Shown: in pieces, positions 13,421-26,593 of the stretch
Numbering within the stretch: the stretch's first letter is position 1
Layout of the letters: the number at the start of each line of letters is the position of its first letter
Assembly: GCA_050084515.1 (NCBI GenBank)
Contig: CM114271.1
Coordinates: 22,878,001 to 22,942,000 of the forward strand
Direction of reading: 5' to 3'
Length of the DNA stretch: 64,000 bases
Source of the DNA: Blasia pusilla
Lineage: Eukaryota
Translations under genes and position numbers: made by a program
The notes under the pieces: generated by a model
What the model was told of the DNA's origin: nothing
The model's database searches: none
What the model saw: only the letters and a program-made list of their open reading frames with translations

Positions 13421-14242
13421 GAAGACCTCTCCTCGGTTATCCTGCAACACAACACCAGGAGAAGCCACCGCATGCTCTATCGCGGATCTAGCGGGCATCT
13501 CCGCCATCTTAGTAGCCGCAGCCTGCCATGAATCTGACCTGGACGGCCCGAGCATCCGCTCCAAGGGCAGGTCCATCACCTCCTCTACAATCACCTTTGT
13601 CGTGCGCATACACATCGCTACACAACATACATCGTTGTCATTGAACACACACACACAAACACGCACGATCCCATGCTAACTCATGGCATCCAAACAACGA
13701 GACAAGAAGTACTAAAATATCTCCAATAAAGTAAGATCCAATCTCTCTACACCATCTCACACCATAGCTCTCAAAGATATGCACTCTCTCTCATGTCAAA
13801 CCAAACCCACTCTTCTAATGCGAGGCTTGGGTTACACTCACAAGGCAACGGACCATAGGTCCGCCGCCTCATGCCAAGAGATTCAACAAAGAGAGAATGA
13901 GCTCTCAAGCTCTTTCTCTTGGAGGTATACTCCCTTCCCTCTCCCAAGCTCACACAAACACAAGCAAGCACGGAACACACACACAAACACGCACAATCCC
14001 ATGCTAACTCATGGCATCCAAACAACGAGACAAGAAGTACTAAAATATCTCCAATCGCCCCCCTAGCTGGTGGTTAGGTCCCTCTAACTCCAGATAGCCC
14101 TTTATCCCTACCTACCACGATATACATCTCTAGGATGCTAAGAGCAGAAAGGTCGGGTGCTCATGTGGCCCAATCGTTAGTCGCCTTCCTGTCATCCATG
14201 TCATAAAAAAAGTCGGAATCAAAACCTACCTAGTATCTCCGC

Positions 14243-14390
14243 TATGTACATCTGGGACACATCCATCGTCCCCAAGGAACCCTAGTGAGAGGTGGCGTCA
14301 GACATGCCATATGTCAACCTCTCGAACATCCATCGTAGACTAGCATCGTGACCGCACTACGGGAAAAACCACACAACATACAACGCAAGC
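14243..14390 (-). pseudogene. PHD finger at the integrase C-terminus
   Basis: Translation RCMLCG..MLVYDGCSRG*HMACLTPPLTRVPWGRWMCPRC, a C4HC3 pattern with one C>Y change and one TGG>TGA stop. Confidence 0.85.
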
Positions 14391-14399
14391 CCGTAGGAA

Positions 14400-15690
14400 C
14401 TACAACTAAGCTCGGATCTAATGTACCATCAATGTTAGGAAGGTGACATGGTGCACAATTACGCACATGGTCCTTGCATACCATACCATCGCGTCCCTCC
14501 AGCAAGAGAACATCGAATGGCCAAATGTCACGCACTCTCAAGATAGTGCGCCCTGCAGTCACATCCAACGTCCTCGGTGCCGTCTATTGCAAGTAGACAT
14601 AATCTCCCAGATGAAACCTCTGGATAGTTGGTCGATAACCATCACCCCGAATAGTCGCATACCTCAACGTACCCTGATGTTGCGCAATCGCCAAGTTCTC
14701 GAACGCCATGCGCATCACTCTCTGAAACAACTCAGCCCTCTGAGAACATGCTCGCATCCATACATATGGGTCATCAAGGTCCAGCACCTCACCAGCATCT
14801 CGACGAATGGCCACATGTAAATTTGGTTCTTGGCCATAAAGTAGCAAGTACGGTGAAAAATACGCTAAGGATGTCTGTCTGCTGAATCTGTATCTCATCG
14901 CCAACCACAGCAACTAGAGGTACCAATCTCCTAGGTGACCTCTCTTCAAGCCATACTTGCGTAAACCCCTCTTCACCATCTGCACAACTCTCTCCGCTAA
15001 TCCATCCGCCTCGAGATGATCTCGCGAAGTCGTGTGGTGGTCGATCAATGCCTGATCACACAAGGCTTGGAACTCACCGCAAAACTCGGTACCCTGGTCT
15101 GTCAACACCTGAGCCGATGCGCCATAATGACTCAGCACTCTGTCAAGGAAGGCATAAGATACTCCCTCACTTGCTTTGTCAAGCAATGCAACCAACTCGA
15201 TCCACTTCGAGAAGTGCTCGACCATCACCAACACATAACGACTGTGATGCTCCATCAAAGGCAAAGGTCCTGCAAAATCCAAACTCCATCTATACCCTAA
15301 GCCCATGATCAATAATGGATGCAAATATGGAGTTGGAGCATTGAACGATGCTCGGACCCGATCACACACCATGCATCTGGAAACAAACTACTGAACGTCA
15401 GTCTACATGCCTCGCCACCAATACTAAATCTGGAGCAAGCTGTATGTCCGGTTCATCCCAAAGTGACCCAACTCCTAGTGGGCATGCTGCACTAATCGTG
15501 CTCTCTACAAAGGATGTGGCACTAGGCGTACTCTACCATCCTCCCAAACCCTCAAAATATATATCCCCTCCCAACGGAACCGTCTGGCCCGCTGTAGGAT
15601 CCGATCCCGCTCTCTAGCACCCACGGTGCTCTTAACGCTGCAAGTACGAAGGTACTCTAAGACTACTCCATCATTATGAATATCTCGCAC
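14400..15690 (-). pseudogene. Integrase (rve core) of element B
   Basis: RWSLDFAGPLP, VEHFSKWIELVAL, VLTDQGTEF, ADGLAERVVQMVK (D,D,E), FSPYLLLYG, FHLGDYVYLQ. Confidence 0.92.
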
Positions 15691-16499
15691 CTATCATCTC
15701 CTCACTCCCCTCGGGATCCAAGGACTCTACACTAGACCTCGCCATCGAAGTCTCCACACTCTCAAGCTCTCTCTCTTGGAGGTATACTCCCTTCCCTCTC
15801 CCAAGCTCTCTCCATGGTAACCTATTCTCCCAAGTCACCTCCTTGGCTCTTGACCTGATGTAGGAGGTCAAGGGCCGCTTACCAAAATTACAAAGTCGAT
15901 CATATATTCAAATGGTACTTACCTAAAATAGTAAGTTTCTCAATATGGCTCCAAATGAGCCAAAACAAAGGGTAAACCTGCTCTCTCAGGTTTCTCGGGG
16001 TCTTAGCAAGTCATCCTCAACCTAGTGAGTGTGTTCTCCACTATTCACAAAGGCGCTTTACTAGATCTCACCGATCTATCCTAAAAGACGTGACACCTTT
16101 GAACGTGATGCAGGAACTCCAACTCCACGCTCACATAGTGTAGCGGCCAGTCGAAAAGCCTCGGCGGGCGTACCTCCCAATGTCATAACATCGGAAGTAG
16201 AAAATAAAGGAGCGCGGTACACAATGGTGGCCGCCCCCAACAACGTGCTCGACACTGGCCCCTCTTGAGCATCAACAATAGGAGTTATCGCACTCGCTTC
16301 TTCCCTCGCCCTCTGTGCCTGCACACCAACAACATCACCAACTCTCCAAGAACTCTGATCAGGACCCATTGATGGGGTCCTCATCGCCTCGGAAAATATA
16401 AAAGATGGAGGAAGCCTAGTCTGTTTCCTAGATTCCCCTCGCTGTGGATCCAACTCTGCGGCAACTCCATACGTTACATTTATGGTGCCCTCAATCTGG

Positions 16500-17960
16500 G
16501 TAACCTCGCACATCCAACCATCATCCTCCATATCTCTGCTTGCTCCATATGATGTCTATGCCACGGCTATGGCATCGGGTAATCTCAATGCCATAGCAGC
16601 AATCTGCTTATGTAGCTGATGTATGTGAGCAGCCATCCTAGTCTCACGCCCGACATCTCCCTCGATGCGTTTAGATGATGGGACTGTACCTCCTCCATGG
16701 GCAGCTCCACCACCTTGTCGAGAAACTCCAGCTCCTCATCCCCCAACAGACCACCTGGTGCATGATCTCTAGCCCACCCAGATTGGCTACCCGCTCTGGT
16801 GCCCTCTATGGCCCTCGGTATGGACGTAACTCTAGATGTAAACAGAAATACCTAGCCTATGTATGACCATACCTCTGACAATAGTCAGACTGATAACCTC
16901 CTTGTGCAGTACCATCTCCTCCTCCATGCTGAGGCATACATCCATGACCCTAACGAGTGCAATCACGTTGATGATGGGCTCCACCACATGACCAACAAGT
17001 AATCGTAGGCGGCTACTGCTAAGCTGCATATAAAGGCGCAGGTCTCTGTGGAACGGCCTCCCGATATCCTCCCTGAGCTCGTGGTGCCACAGTCAACCTA
17101 TCTCGGAGTCCACGTTATTGCACACGTGGTGCAAACAATCATGACTACTCTCGCCTAGAACCCATGGTGGCTACGCTCTCCTCCGCCATGTTACGCTCAA
17201 TGTTCTCGGCAGTCCTAAAAACATCTCTCAACCTAGGGGAGGTGTTCATAAGAAGCACCACCTCCTGCACCTATGTCCGCAACATCCGGTCCAGCATCGC
17301 GTACCATGATTTGATAGCCTGAGCCTCTGTCACCCCCTGAGTGATGTTGATCAACCGGCACAAGCGAGTGTAAGCCTCACGCAAACTCTCACCCGGGCGC
17401 CTCTGGAAGTCGTGGATGCTCCGCAACTTCTCCGTGCGTACCCCCTGGTAGCTCGCCCTCAACTCAGCGCAGAACTCAACCACGGGGTTGAACTTGGGAC
17501 GAACGCGATTAGATAGTGCAATTGCTCCAATACGAGTGACCCCTCCTAAAACATCACTAGTGGAAGAGGAAGTAGCCTCTCCAGACTCCTCCTACCCATC
17601 TGGGAACGGCTCCGTCCATGACATATAGTGTGGGTCATAGTAGAGTCGCCATGCCTCAATCTCCTGGGCATATCTGTGGGAGAACTCATGGTAATCATCC
17701 ATGGGCGTCCCCTCTAAATGTTAGAATATACCGTTCCATGTTGTAAACGTTTTGAACTCTCTAGAGTTCCTAGCCCGTTGTGAGTCACACCAACTCTACA
17801 ATGAAGTCGTGTAGCTCTATGGTGCCTACAACACCTACAAACCACTCCTGGTAAACCCTCCACAGCTACTCTTAGGTCCACTACCTCGCCTCTCAAAATC
17901 CTGAAAGGATGCCGTGATGGCCCTCGTGCCCCTCTCATACGATCACTCTCAATCTCGCGA
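16500..17960 (-). pseudogene. gag of element A (retrotransposon gag domain + zinc knuckle)
   Basis: ORF 17271-17483 is gag-like; CWSCGGAHHQRDC (CX2CX4HX4C) at ~16958-16999. Confidence 0.8.
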
Positions 17961-19379
17961 GTAATCCCTCAATCACTCAAACTAAACATGCGGCACTCAA
18001 TCTACACTCTCTCACTGAGACGTGTGTTGTGCGGCAACAAGAAGCATGGTGTGGAAAATCAACTGATCTATCCTCTCATCGATAAACCATCCTCAACTCT
18101 TGACATCCCACACAGGTCTATGTCCCCTAAATCCATACATCATGGATGCTCCTAGCATGAGCACGAAACCCAATATCCCAAATAACTTCCCAATACCCAA
18201 AGATTCCTCTCACGTGCAGGGTAAGAGACGAGAATGGGTAACTTGACAATAATGTCAATGTCACTCCTCGACAACTGCAAATCTCGACCCCGACTCAATC
18301 GTGAAGACAACACCTCCAATCAGCAAGTCGTATTCCTCATGTACTGATGCTACTCAAACCTCCTCGATGTGCGGTGGAGGTCCAACCGTCCGGTGCGGCA
18401 TTGGCCGCATGGAACGGCTACAAACGGCACGGCACTCGAGAATGGGGTGCGGCACTTGGCAGCATACCCTCCTCGATCAAAAATTCACACGCTCTGCTCC
18501 GTAGGGAAGGAGCGGCTCCGCGATCGAGACGGTGTGGTGCGGCCACGAGTGGCACGGCACAACCATCGGTGGCGTTGTGGATACGGGTGTCACGGCACGG
18601 TACTCGATCATCGTCAAGCGGCTACCAATCACAACATAGAAACATGAAATGAAAACTCAAACACCATAACCCGAGGTCACCTACCATCACTGGTTGATGA
18701 CGAAACTTCGATGACGGTGGCGGCAAAACCAAAGAACGTGGTGGCGGCATAAGTTAGAGAATCAACGGTGGTCGTGGAAGACCCTCCACTCCGTAATGGG
18801 CGGCAATGGCAACCAAGGACGACAACCGACGAACGCGGCTCTAAGCAGCGCTAGGCAACGGCGACGGCCGATGGTGGATAGTGGACGGTGGACCGTTGAC
18901 GGTGATGGTTGACCATTGATGGTGACGTCCGACCAATGATGGTGATAATTGACCGTTTACGATGACGATGACGGCGACGGCGGCGGCCGTCGCCGGCGTG
19001 GTGGCTTCTTTAGGGTTTGAACAATTTAACCCTAAAAATTGCCTAGCAATGGCAGTTTTGCAATATTGACCATAATGTTTTAATTGCAACTCCAAATTGC
19101 ACAACGTGCACAACTTCATGATGTACAAGGCCATCAAACAATATTTTGAATCGAACTTTCCAATAAAAACTGAAGGGGACTGTTGTAAGGCCAAATGTCT
19201 CTTTCTCCTACACAAAATTTGGCAGCGCTTCCGCGCACCACTCTTCCACACTAAAAATTGGCAAAGGAAACATCACAAGTAAGCGGCTCTTGCTGTGGTG
19301 AGCACTCCCATGAATTTCTGAACAGGGAATATGATCCCCAACCTGAAAAACCAGCGAGTGACTAGCGAGCTCCCCCATG

Positions 19380-19902
19380 AAACTCTCTCACTCACTCATT
19401 CTCTCTCACAACACCATAGTTCCCACATGTGTGCACTCTCACATGTTTCTTTCAATGTCAAACCAAATCCACTCTCCTAATGAGAGGCTTGGGTTACACA
19501 AACAAGGCAAGCAAGACCATAGCTCCGCCGCCTCATGCCAAGAGGTTCAACAAAGAGAGAATGAGCTCTCAAGCTCTCTCTCTTTGAGGTATACCCCTCC
19601 CCTCTCCCAAGCTCTCTCCATGGTAACCTATGCTTCAAAGTCACCTCCTTTGCTCTTGACGTGATGTAGGAGGTCAAGGGCCACTTACCAGAAATATAAA
19701 GCTGATCATATAGTCAAAATGATACTTACCTAAAATAGTTAGTTCCTCAATATGGCTCCAAATGAGCCGAAACGAGAGGGAAATCTGCTCTCTCAAGTTT
19801 CCGAGGGCCCCAGCAGGTCATCCTCAACCTACTGAGTCTGTACTCCACTTCTCAAGAAGGCACTCTACTAGATCTCACCGATCTATCCTAAAAGACATAA
19901 CA
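19380..19902 (-). repeat. 5' LTR (partial) of element A
   Basis: Clearly similar to 15757-16095 and 13760-13950; ends ..AAGACATAACA on +. Confidence 0.8.
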
Positions 19903-20149
19903 CTATGGATTTAAGTGATTTTTGCAAATTGCTACTTGCGGAGGCACAAAAGAAAGGCGAGCCCATCCTGCGGAAATAATAACACACCAAACGAACATAC
20001 ACAACATTTCGATCATTGAAGTATCTACAACGTAATTTCACTCCATTCAAGATCATTCAACATGTCAATACTTGGGCACTTCATCATACACTAATTTCAT
20101 TCACTCTACTTTTACAATTCCAATTATTTTTGCAAACTTGCTATTCCAT

Positions 20150-23100
20150 TGAATCTTATAGATATGCGTGATTTTTGGAAGGTTCTCTTTGGCCAAGCGC
20201 AAAAACGGGCCGTTCATTTGAGAGAATGGAAATTCTCAAACTAAAGAAGAGGACTTACCATCAAGGATATGAAAAGAATAATGAAAGTCCTTCTAGTTCA
20301 ACTATCTCTACTTTGGGGGCCCAACCCAGTTCAACTATTCTAAATATTGAGATTTCAACTATACAAAGTCCATTCACGAGGTTAGATTTGGATGCCTTAC
20401 ATGTCGCGGCCCTCATAACCAAACGAACACCAAATAGGTGCCCAAAAAAACATCAGAACTCCAGTGGACTCATGCTACGATGATCGCGCTTTGGAGAGGC
20501 ACAATCATCATAACGTGAGATGAAAGGCACCAATCTAAGACAAAACGCAAAACAAAGTTTTTTGTTTCATGCATTGGTGGTTGCGACCAAAAAACCTAGA
20601 CCAAACGAAAACCAAGACCTGAGATGAGTTGAGTCTTAGAAGGTTAGTTACCAAAGAGGTGAGAACGAGTTTTGGCACACGACAAGCGTTCGGGGAATTG
20701 GACTGTGTTTCTAACCATAACGTTTAGCTCCAAGATGCATTTGGGACAAACAAGATCGCATTGAAAATATTATCTCAAGACGCTTCCAACGCACCAAAGA
20801 TCTCAGCAAACGCATAACTACTAGCTGAGACGTTTTTTTGAAAACTACTATGAGAGCAATCGAGTTAAGGGCCAATCTGAGGGGCCCGATTTTCTTTTCC
20901 GAAAGTTAGGGAGACCCCGGAGATCCCTATAAGCACTGGTAAGGGGGAGTCTCTCCAATATATCTTGGAACACAAATCCCACTTTGAGCACCAAACGGTG
21001 TCTCAAGGGCATGGGATGGACCCAGAGTTTGGCGTTGGAACTTGAAACCCAAACCTAAGCCAAGAGAGTGGATTTCATAAGCCACACTTGGATTCCGACC
21101 CGTGATTCATTTTGTGTGAGTCTAGGTTAGGGACTCATTGGATGTCCATCAGACAGTTGGAACCGCCAGGCACGAGAGGTCGTTTGATGTTCGTGGATCG
21201 ACCAGAAAGTCTGTCCCAAGTCTTTCAAGACTTGCTTGTGTTGTAAACTGTGAAACTAGGAAGGTTGAGCTTGATGGGAGGCCGAGTCAAGAACTCGGCA
21301 AGTTAGAACAGCTGATTGATCCAGACCCGACTAACATCAGTGTGTGTTTGGATGTAGATCAACGTTGAGAGCGTGACCTACTGAACGCACGCTTCCGCAA
21401 CAACAAAGATTAACGTTCAAGGAGAGTGGGAGCACATCATTACATCTGCTTTCTTTTTATACATGTCCTTTCCTAACTCTTCAATATTCATTTCTTGTTT
21501 TGGTCTCTTTTTTCTCATCTATTTATATTCTTTTAGATCCTTGAACAATCATGGAGTGATGAAAGCTGAAAATCATGGAGTTGGTCTTGGAGCTAGACAA
21601 GATGAATTTATTCAATGTGATGTCATAGTTCAAGTGTTACATGCTTTTACTAAATTTTTTCCAAGAATCCAATTACCAAACATTTCACTCCATAAAGTTA
21701 TTGAGAACGCTCCTCTGGCCAACTACTTATGTAATACCAAGAGTTGTGGTATGTGCGATTTCCCCTATTATGAACAAACTATACGTACATCATCATAAAG
21801 TTGTCAACAATGGTTCGACTCTTCGCAATATTAGGGATGAAGTAACACTTAGAGCAGATCCCATGCCTTTTGTATCTCATGGAGTTATGTTATCAACAAG
21901 AAGGGACACTATACCAATTGCAAATACTTCTACAAGTTGTCTTGAGTCTAAAGTTGATAAAGTTGTGAGAGTATATTCATTTCTTAATCTTGCAAGGAGA
22001 CCAAAATTCCAAGAAAGTGATATTAGGAAGTCACGGTTCTGAAGGAATTTCCATCATACGAGTGGTTGTCATATGCTAGGTCTTATGATAGAAATACGCC
22101 CCTCATATCATGCTTTACATTGGACTATGAGGTGGTGAGAGGTACAAAGTATCATGGCTCCCCATATGGTATGTATTGTGCCTATAGGAAACTAAATTTC
22201 CCCCTCTTGAAGTCGAATCCTCTATTCTTCAAATCGTTGATTTCTAGTGTTGGTCCTAGAAGCCTTTATTTTCTTACTCATGCTCAGGCATACAATTCCG
22301 CACTTCAAGTCGCATCAATTGGAGTGTATGTAAACAAGCAACTTGATGGCATTGGACACTTTAGGGTTCAAGGTAGGATCTATCATTCTATTAGAGCCTA
22401 ACATCGTGGTATAGGGGGTCATTTTTCTCAACTCTACATTCATGATATTGCAAATAAATTGGAGAATTGTGAAAGGGTTAATGTTATGATCTTAATTTGG
22501 ACATCTTGAGAGGGCTACAAGAGATGTTACTCGAATGTGATCCATATGTGAAGATCTTTTTCAAATAGCATCTAAAGCAAGTGACCCTAATATGTGGGTC
22601 ATCTTGAAGGCAAGTAAGAGAGGCCTCAATGCAAAGTTTTATTAGTTGCCAACTGCTCTAAAGTAGCATTGTACTAAGTGATGGTAGTGAACAAATTGAT
22701 CACCGTGATATAATCATACGACTATGTATAAGGAGGAAGAGTAAGGCGTATATCAGACCTAAGAAAATCATATATTCCATAATATTTGGTTATATTATTT
22801 GTCTTTAGTGAAGCACATTGGAATCTTGGAATACCAACCGCAAGGCTTGAAGACTCAATAACACCCCAACATGCAATAATTATTCATCATGGGGAGGCGA
22901 GAGATATTGGATTTTCATATGATTTCATGCATGAGGATAGAGTTGAGGATGATAATATTGAGGAGACAAGGACAAAAAGTCTTACAACCTTGCAATTTGC
23001 ATGTTTTCAACTTCCAACGCGTATTGGCGGCGAGGATGAAAATTGACTAGAATAGTTTGGTCAACTTATTCAACATTATATGGTTGATCTTAATGCTATT

Positions 23101-26100
23101 ATGGAGATACAATGGTTATTATGGCTGCGCTAAAAGAAATTATAATAACAAGTGGCCTCAATAAAAAGCGAGAGATGGAAAACCATCCGGAATACAAAAA
23201 AGGGAGACTCAAAGAATCGAGTACTTAAATCAAAAGGAGCTAAGGGCTAAATTGTATCAAGGTGTTAAGGATGCCATTCATCATGATATGGATGCCACAA
23301 GATTTGGGAGACATGTTATATTAGCCTCTTCTTTTATTGGAGGTCCACGTCATATGCACAAGTTATATCAAGATGAAGTGGCGATTGTAAGGCTCTTGGG
23401 GAAAAACATATTACTTTTTTACCATGATATTCAATCCTAAGTGGAAGGAGATTACATGAGCCTTACTACCTGGTCAATAAACTACGGACTAACCATATTT
23501 GGTTTTGCAAGTCTTCAAAAAGAAAGTGAAGAAGTTGTTACGACTTATCATAAATAAGCACGTATTGGATTGAGTTGTAGGATACATTCATGTGGTGGAA
23601 TTTCAAAAAAGGGGCTTTTCATATATCCATGTTTTTTAAATTTTAGATCATGAGGACTAACCACGTACTAATTTTGATTAAGAAAACATCATTTTTGCAT
23701 AAATCCATCATGAATGTTCCCATCCAAGGCTCTATTCCACTTTTGCTAATTGCATGGATGGTGGGTCATATGGATCATTAAATCCAAATGCACCATGTAT
23801 GGATAAAGAAACAATACGGTGTATAAAAGGGTACCCAAAAGCGTTTGCCTCTAGCACTACAGAGACGGAAGGTGTTTATCCAATGCATTTTAGGTACTAA
23901 TTTCCGTACCTACTAAATGTTTATTTATTCTATTCATGCATCGTTGCTTTCTTTTTGTAGATTGGAGAATGAAAGGGCAATGATGAAGCACGAGCATTTA
24001 GTACATAATCTTTGGGTGATGTGTTATAATCCTAAGTTGTGCATCCTCTTTTACTTTCAAATTAATTCGGAGATCACAAGTAGTGTACTTGTATGCAATG
24101 AAATACTTGTATGAATATGTTTATAAGGGATTTGATACAGTATCCATTGCGGTTGATGTGTCCATTTTGTTAAGAGAAATAGACACATCAACCGTAATGG
24201 ACATTATTGATGAAAAAAAATCGAATGTTGATACAAGATAGAACCTACTACCTTAATTAGATCCTATATTTAAAATGTGGATTCCAACTTCAATTCATAC
24301 CTCTTGCTTAACTATTGGGTTCCTTGTTCCATATGTATATCTTCTCCTGAGGCATGTTGATGACTCTTCAAATTTAATCTACATGCAAAATATCCAAGTA
24401 TTGTGTGATTTGTAATTCTTCTTCCATAGCAATAAATAATGTATTTCAATGATCGATGTTGATGCTCCTCAAGCTATTCAACAACAAAATAAAGAGACAA
24501 CTTTAACCCAATAGTTTGCAACTAATCTATCTGATGCTACTACTTGAAAATATCTCTATATTGACTTTCCTTCATATTATTGTTGGAATAATAAAACATA
24601 GATTTGTAGGGTAGGGTGCAACCAAAAATGGTTATGGCCATCCCATTGGATGCTTATATCTTACTCATCAAGATAAGTTCTTAAGTGCTTTTGGGGTAAT
24701 TTCTTTGATCATTAGGGATCACTTCTACATATTTCATACTAAATTGTGCAAGTCTAAGTATGATGTGGCACAAAAAGAGCTAACTTATTATGTTTGGTTA
24801 TTAAGAAGTGAAGGAGAACGTTATTGGTTGAGATTACTCCTCTATCATGTTCAAGGAAGATCTACATATGAATATTTCAGAATAATTAATGGAGTATTAT
24901 ATCCTACGTTTAAGGAGGCGGCTATCCAATTGAGACTTCTTCAAGATGATAGGGAAGTGTTCTCTTGTATTATAGAAACTTATATTTTCCGTACGGCTTC
25001 ATCAATTTGCCATCTAGTCGCAAAAATTTTAGCTTACGACACATCAACTTAACCAGCTATACTATGGGATCAATTTTGTTCCACTCATTGACAATCTCTT
25101 ACATGAACAATGTCCACTTTGCTCTTCTATTCAACCACTTCTTGCATTGTTGTTTTTTCTTAAAGACTTTATGATCTAATGATGATCTCTACATTCGTTG
25201 GAATCCTTCCACTGCAAAAAATAGGAATTCCTAATCTTCTTGTCGATGATGGTGTATTTAATGTTGCATTATTAGAGGTGCATTTTTATTTGCAAGAGCA
25301 AGGAAAAGATTGTCGGATTTTCTAGACGTGCCCAAAGCTAATTTCCAAAGTGAAAACTCATATATTTATTTAGAGGAACAAAAGCTACTACATGGTACAG
25401 AAAAATTATATGAGCGTGTACAATTGGAAGAAGCATGTTTTAATGAAGTTCAACGTGTTATTTGGGATGGAATACACAATGAGCTTTATCAACCGTGTTT
25501 GAATGTTCCACCATCTCCAAAAAAAAAGTTTCATTGATAGTCCAAATGTATTAGGGAAGACATTTTTATGTAATATTCTTCTGGCAAGTGTGCGGAATGT
25601 GAGAGGTATAACGTTGATTGTGGTTTCATTTGGAATAGCTACTCTATTGTTAGATGGTGGATGTATTTATGCTTCAAGATTCTCATCAATCTTCATGAAA
25701 GCTCCACTTGCAAGTAAGCACCCTTATGGCATAATTTTAACCTTTGAGTATAACAAGTTGTAATTTACTTTTCAGTGTAAATATTTCTTTTAGGAATCTC
25801 TTATATGAAAGTTAGATATCCATAAAATAGTTCTTCTTCTCCCGAATTCTTGATATTGTGTACAAGGGCATATTTACCTCAACGTTGATTCCATTCCGAA
25901 TCAATGGATGAATGATATATATCCCATTGAGTTTTTGAATATTTCTTGCCTTTGGGACTCCCTCTTTATTGGTTGTGTTTGAAGATTGGTGGACAAATTA
26001 TGCTCTTACAAAACATAAATTGGTTATGAAGACAAGAAATTGGACTAGATCAGTGATACGTGGATTCATGCAAAAGTGCATAGTTGCTGAAATCATCACA

Positions 26101-26593
26101 CGGAAGAATATTGGAGATCGAGTTTTTATTCCATGTATCCCATTGATTGCATATGATACTGGTTTGCTATTTGATTTACAAAGATTCCAATTCCCTATTC
26201 GTCAAGTTTTTGCTACTTTTTTCGAACTTGTTATGACTATTAACAAGTCTGAAGGTCAAACTATGCAAAAGATGGGAATTTATTTGCCAACTCTCATTTT
26301 CTATGACGGTCATCTATATGTAGCATTATCTAGAGTAGGGTAGTGAAGTTCCATTCACATTACCAATGGAAGCGAGAATGGAAATGATGAACATTCGAAC
26401 AAAGAAAGTGACTCCACACAATATCTATGTTATTAATGGAGAGTACATTTTTTATTTGCAAACACCTCTTTGCTTAACATGTATTAACCAAGCAGCAAGA
26501 AAAATTTTCTCCCTCTACGGGCATCAAGAAAAAGATTTTGTGTAAACATGATTAATTCTTTCACTCTTGTGCATGGCACATGTTGTCCATTAG
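20150..26593 (+). mobile_element. Helitron C: canonical Rep/PIF1 Helitron, degenerate
   Basis: AYNSALQVASIG, FRVQGRIYH, ILASSFIGGPRHMHKLYQD, VVEFQKRG, YVYKG, ERYWLRLLL, GKTFL, QFPIRQVFA, MTINKSEGQT, LYVALSRV. 3' hairpin tgtgc-atg-gcaca (26568-26580) then TTAG|T (decayed CTAG) at 26593. 5' end not found. Confidence 0.9.
20402..21439. mobile_element. Solo LTR (family S, copy 1)
   Basis: TG..CA ends; 5-bp TSD TTACA at 20397-20401 and 21440-21444; reverse-complement homolog of 40661-41700. Confidence 0.9.

Larger units (their letters stand above)
13598..16095 (-). mobile_element. Nested, internally deleted Gypsy element B (same LTR family; integrase + PHD)
   Basis: TG..CA termini; CCTT duplicated at 13594-13597 and 16096-16099. 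Removing it restores the host frame GVPASRSK-VIVEEV. LTR pieces 13598-14055 and 15757-16095 match LTR 19380-19902. Polypurine-like tract at 14058-14065 (-). Confidence 0.88.
11302..19902 (-). mobile_element. Ty3/Gypsy-type LTR retrotransposon A (LTR-gag-PR-DNMT, truncated at the start of RT)
   Basis: 5' LTR ends at 19902 (TGTTA.. on -). Order on - strand: gag (FQRRPGESLREAYTRL), CCHC knuckle, protease VLLDSRAQ, DNMT, then pre-RT segment QFLRSYRSCFAFSMHDL..GPGI, breaking at ~11302. Confidence 0.88.
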
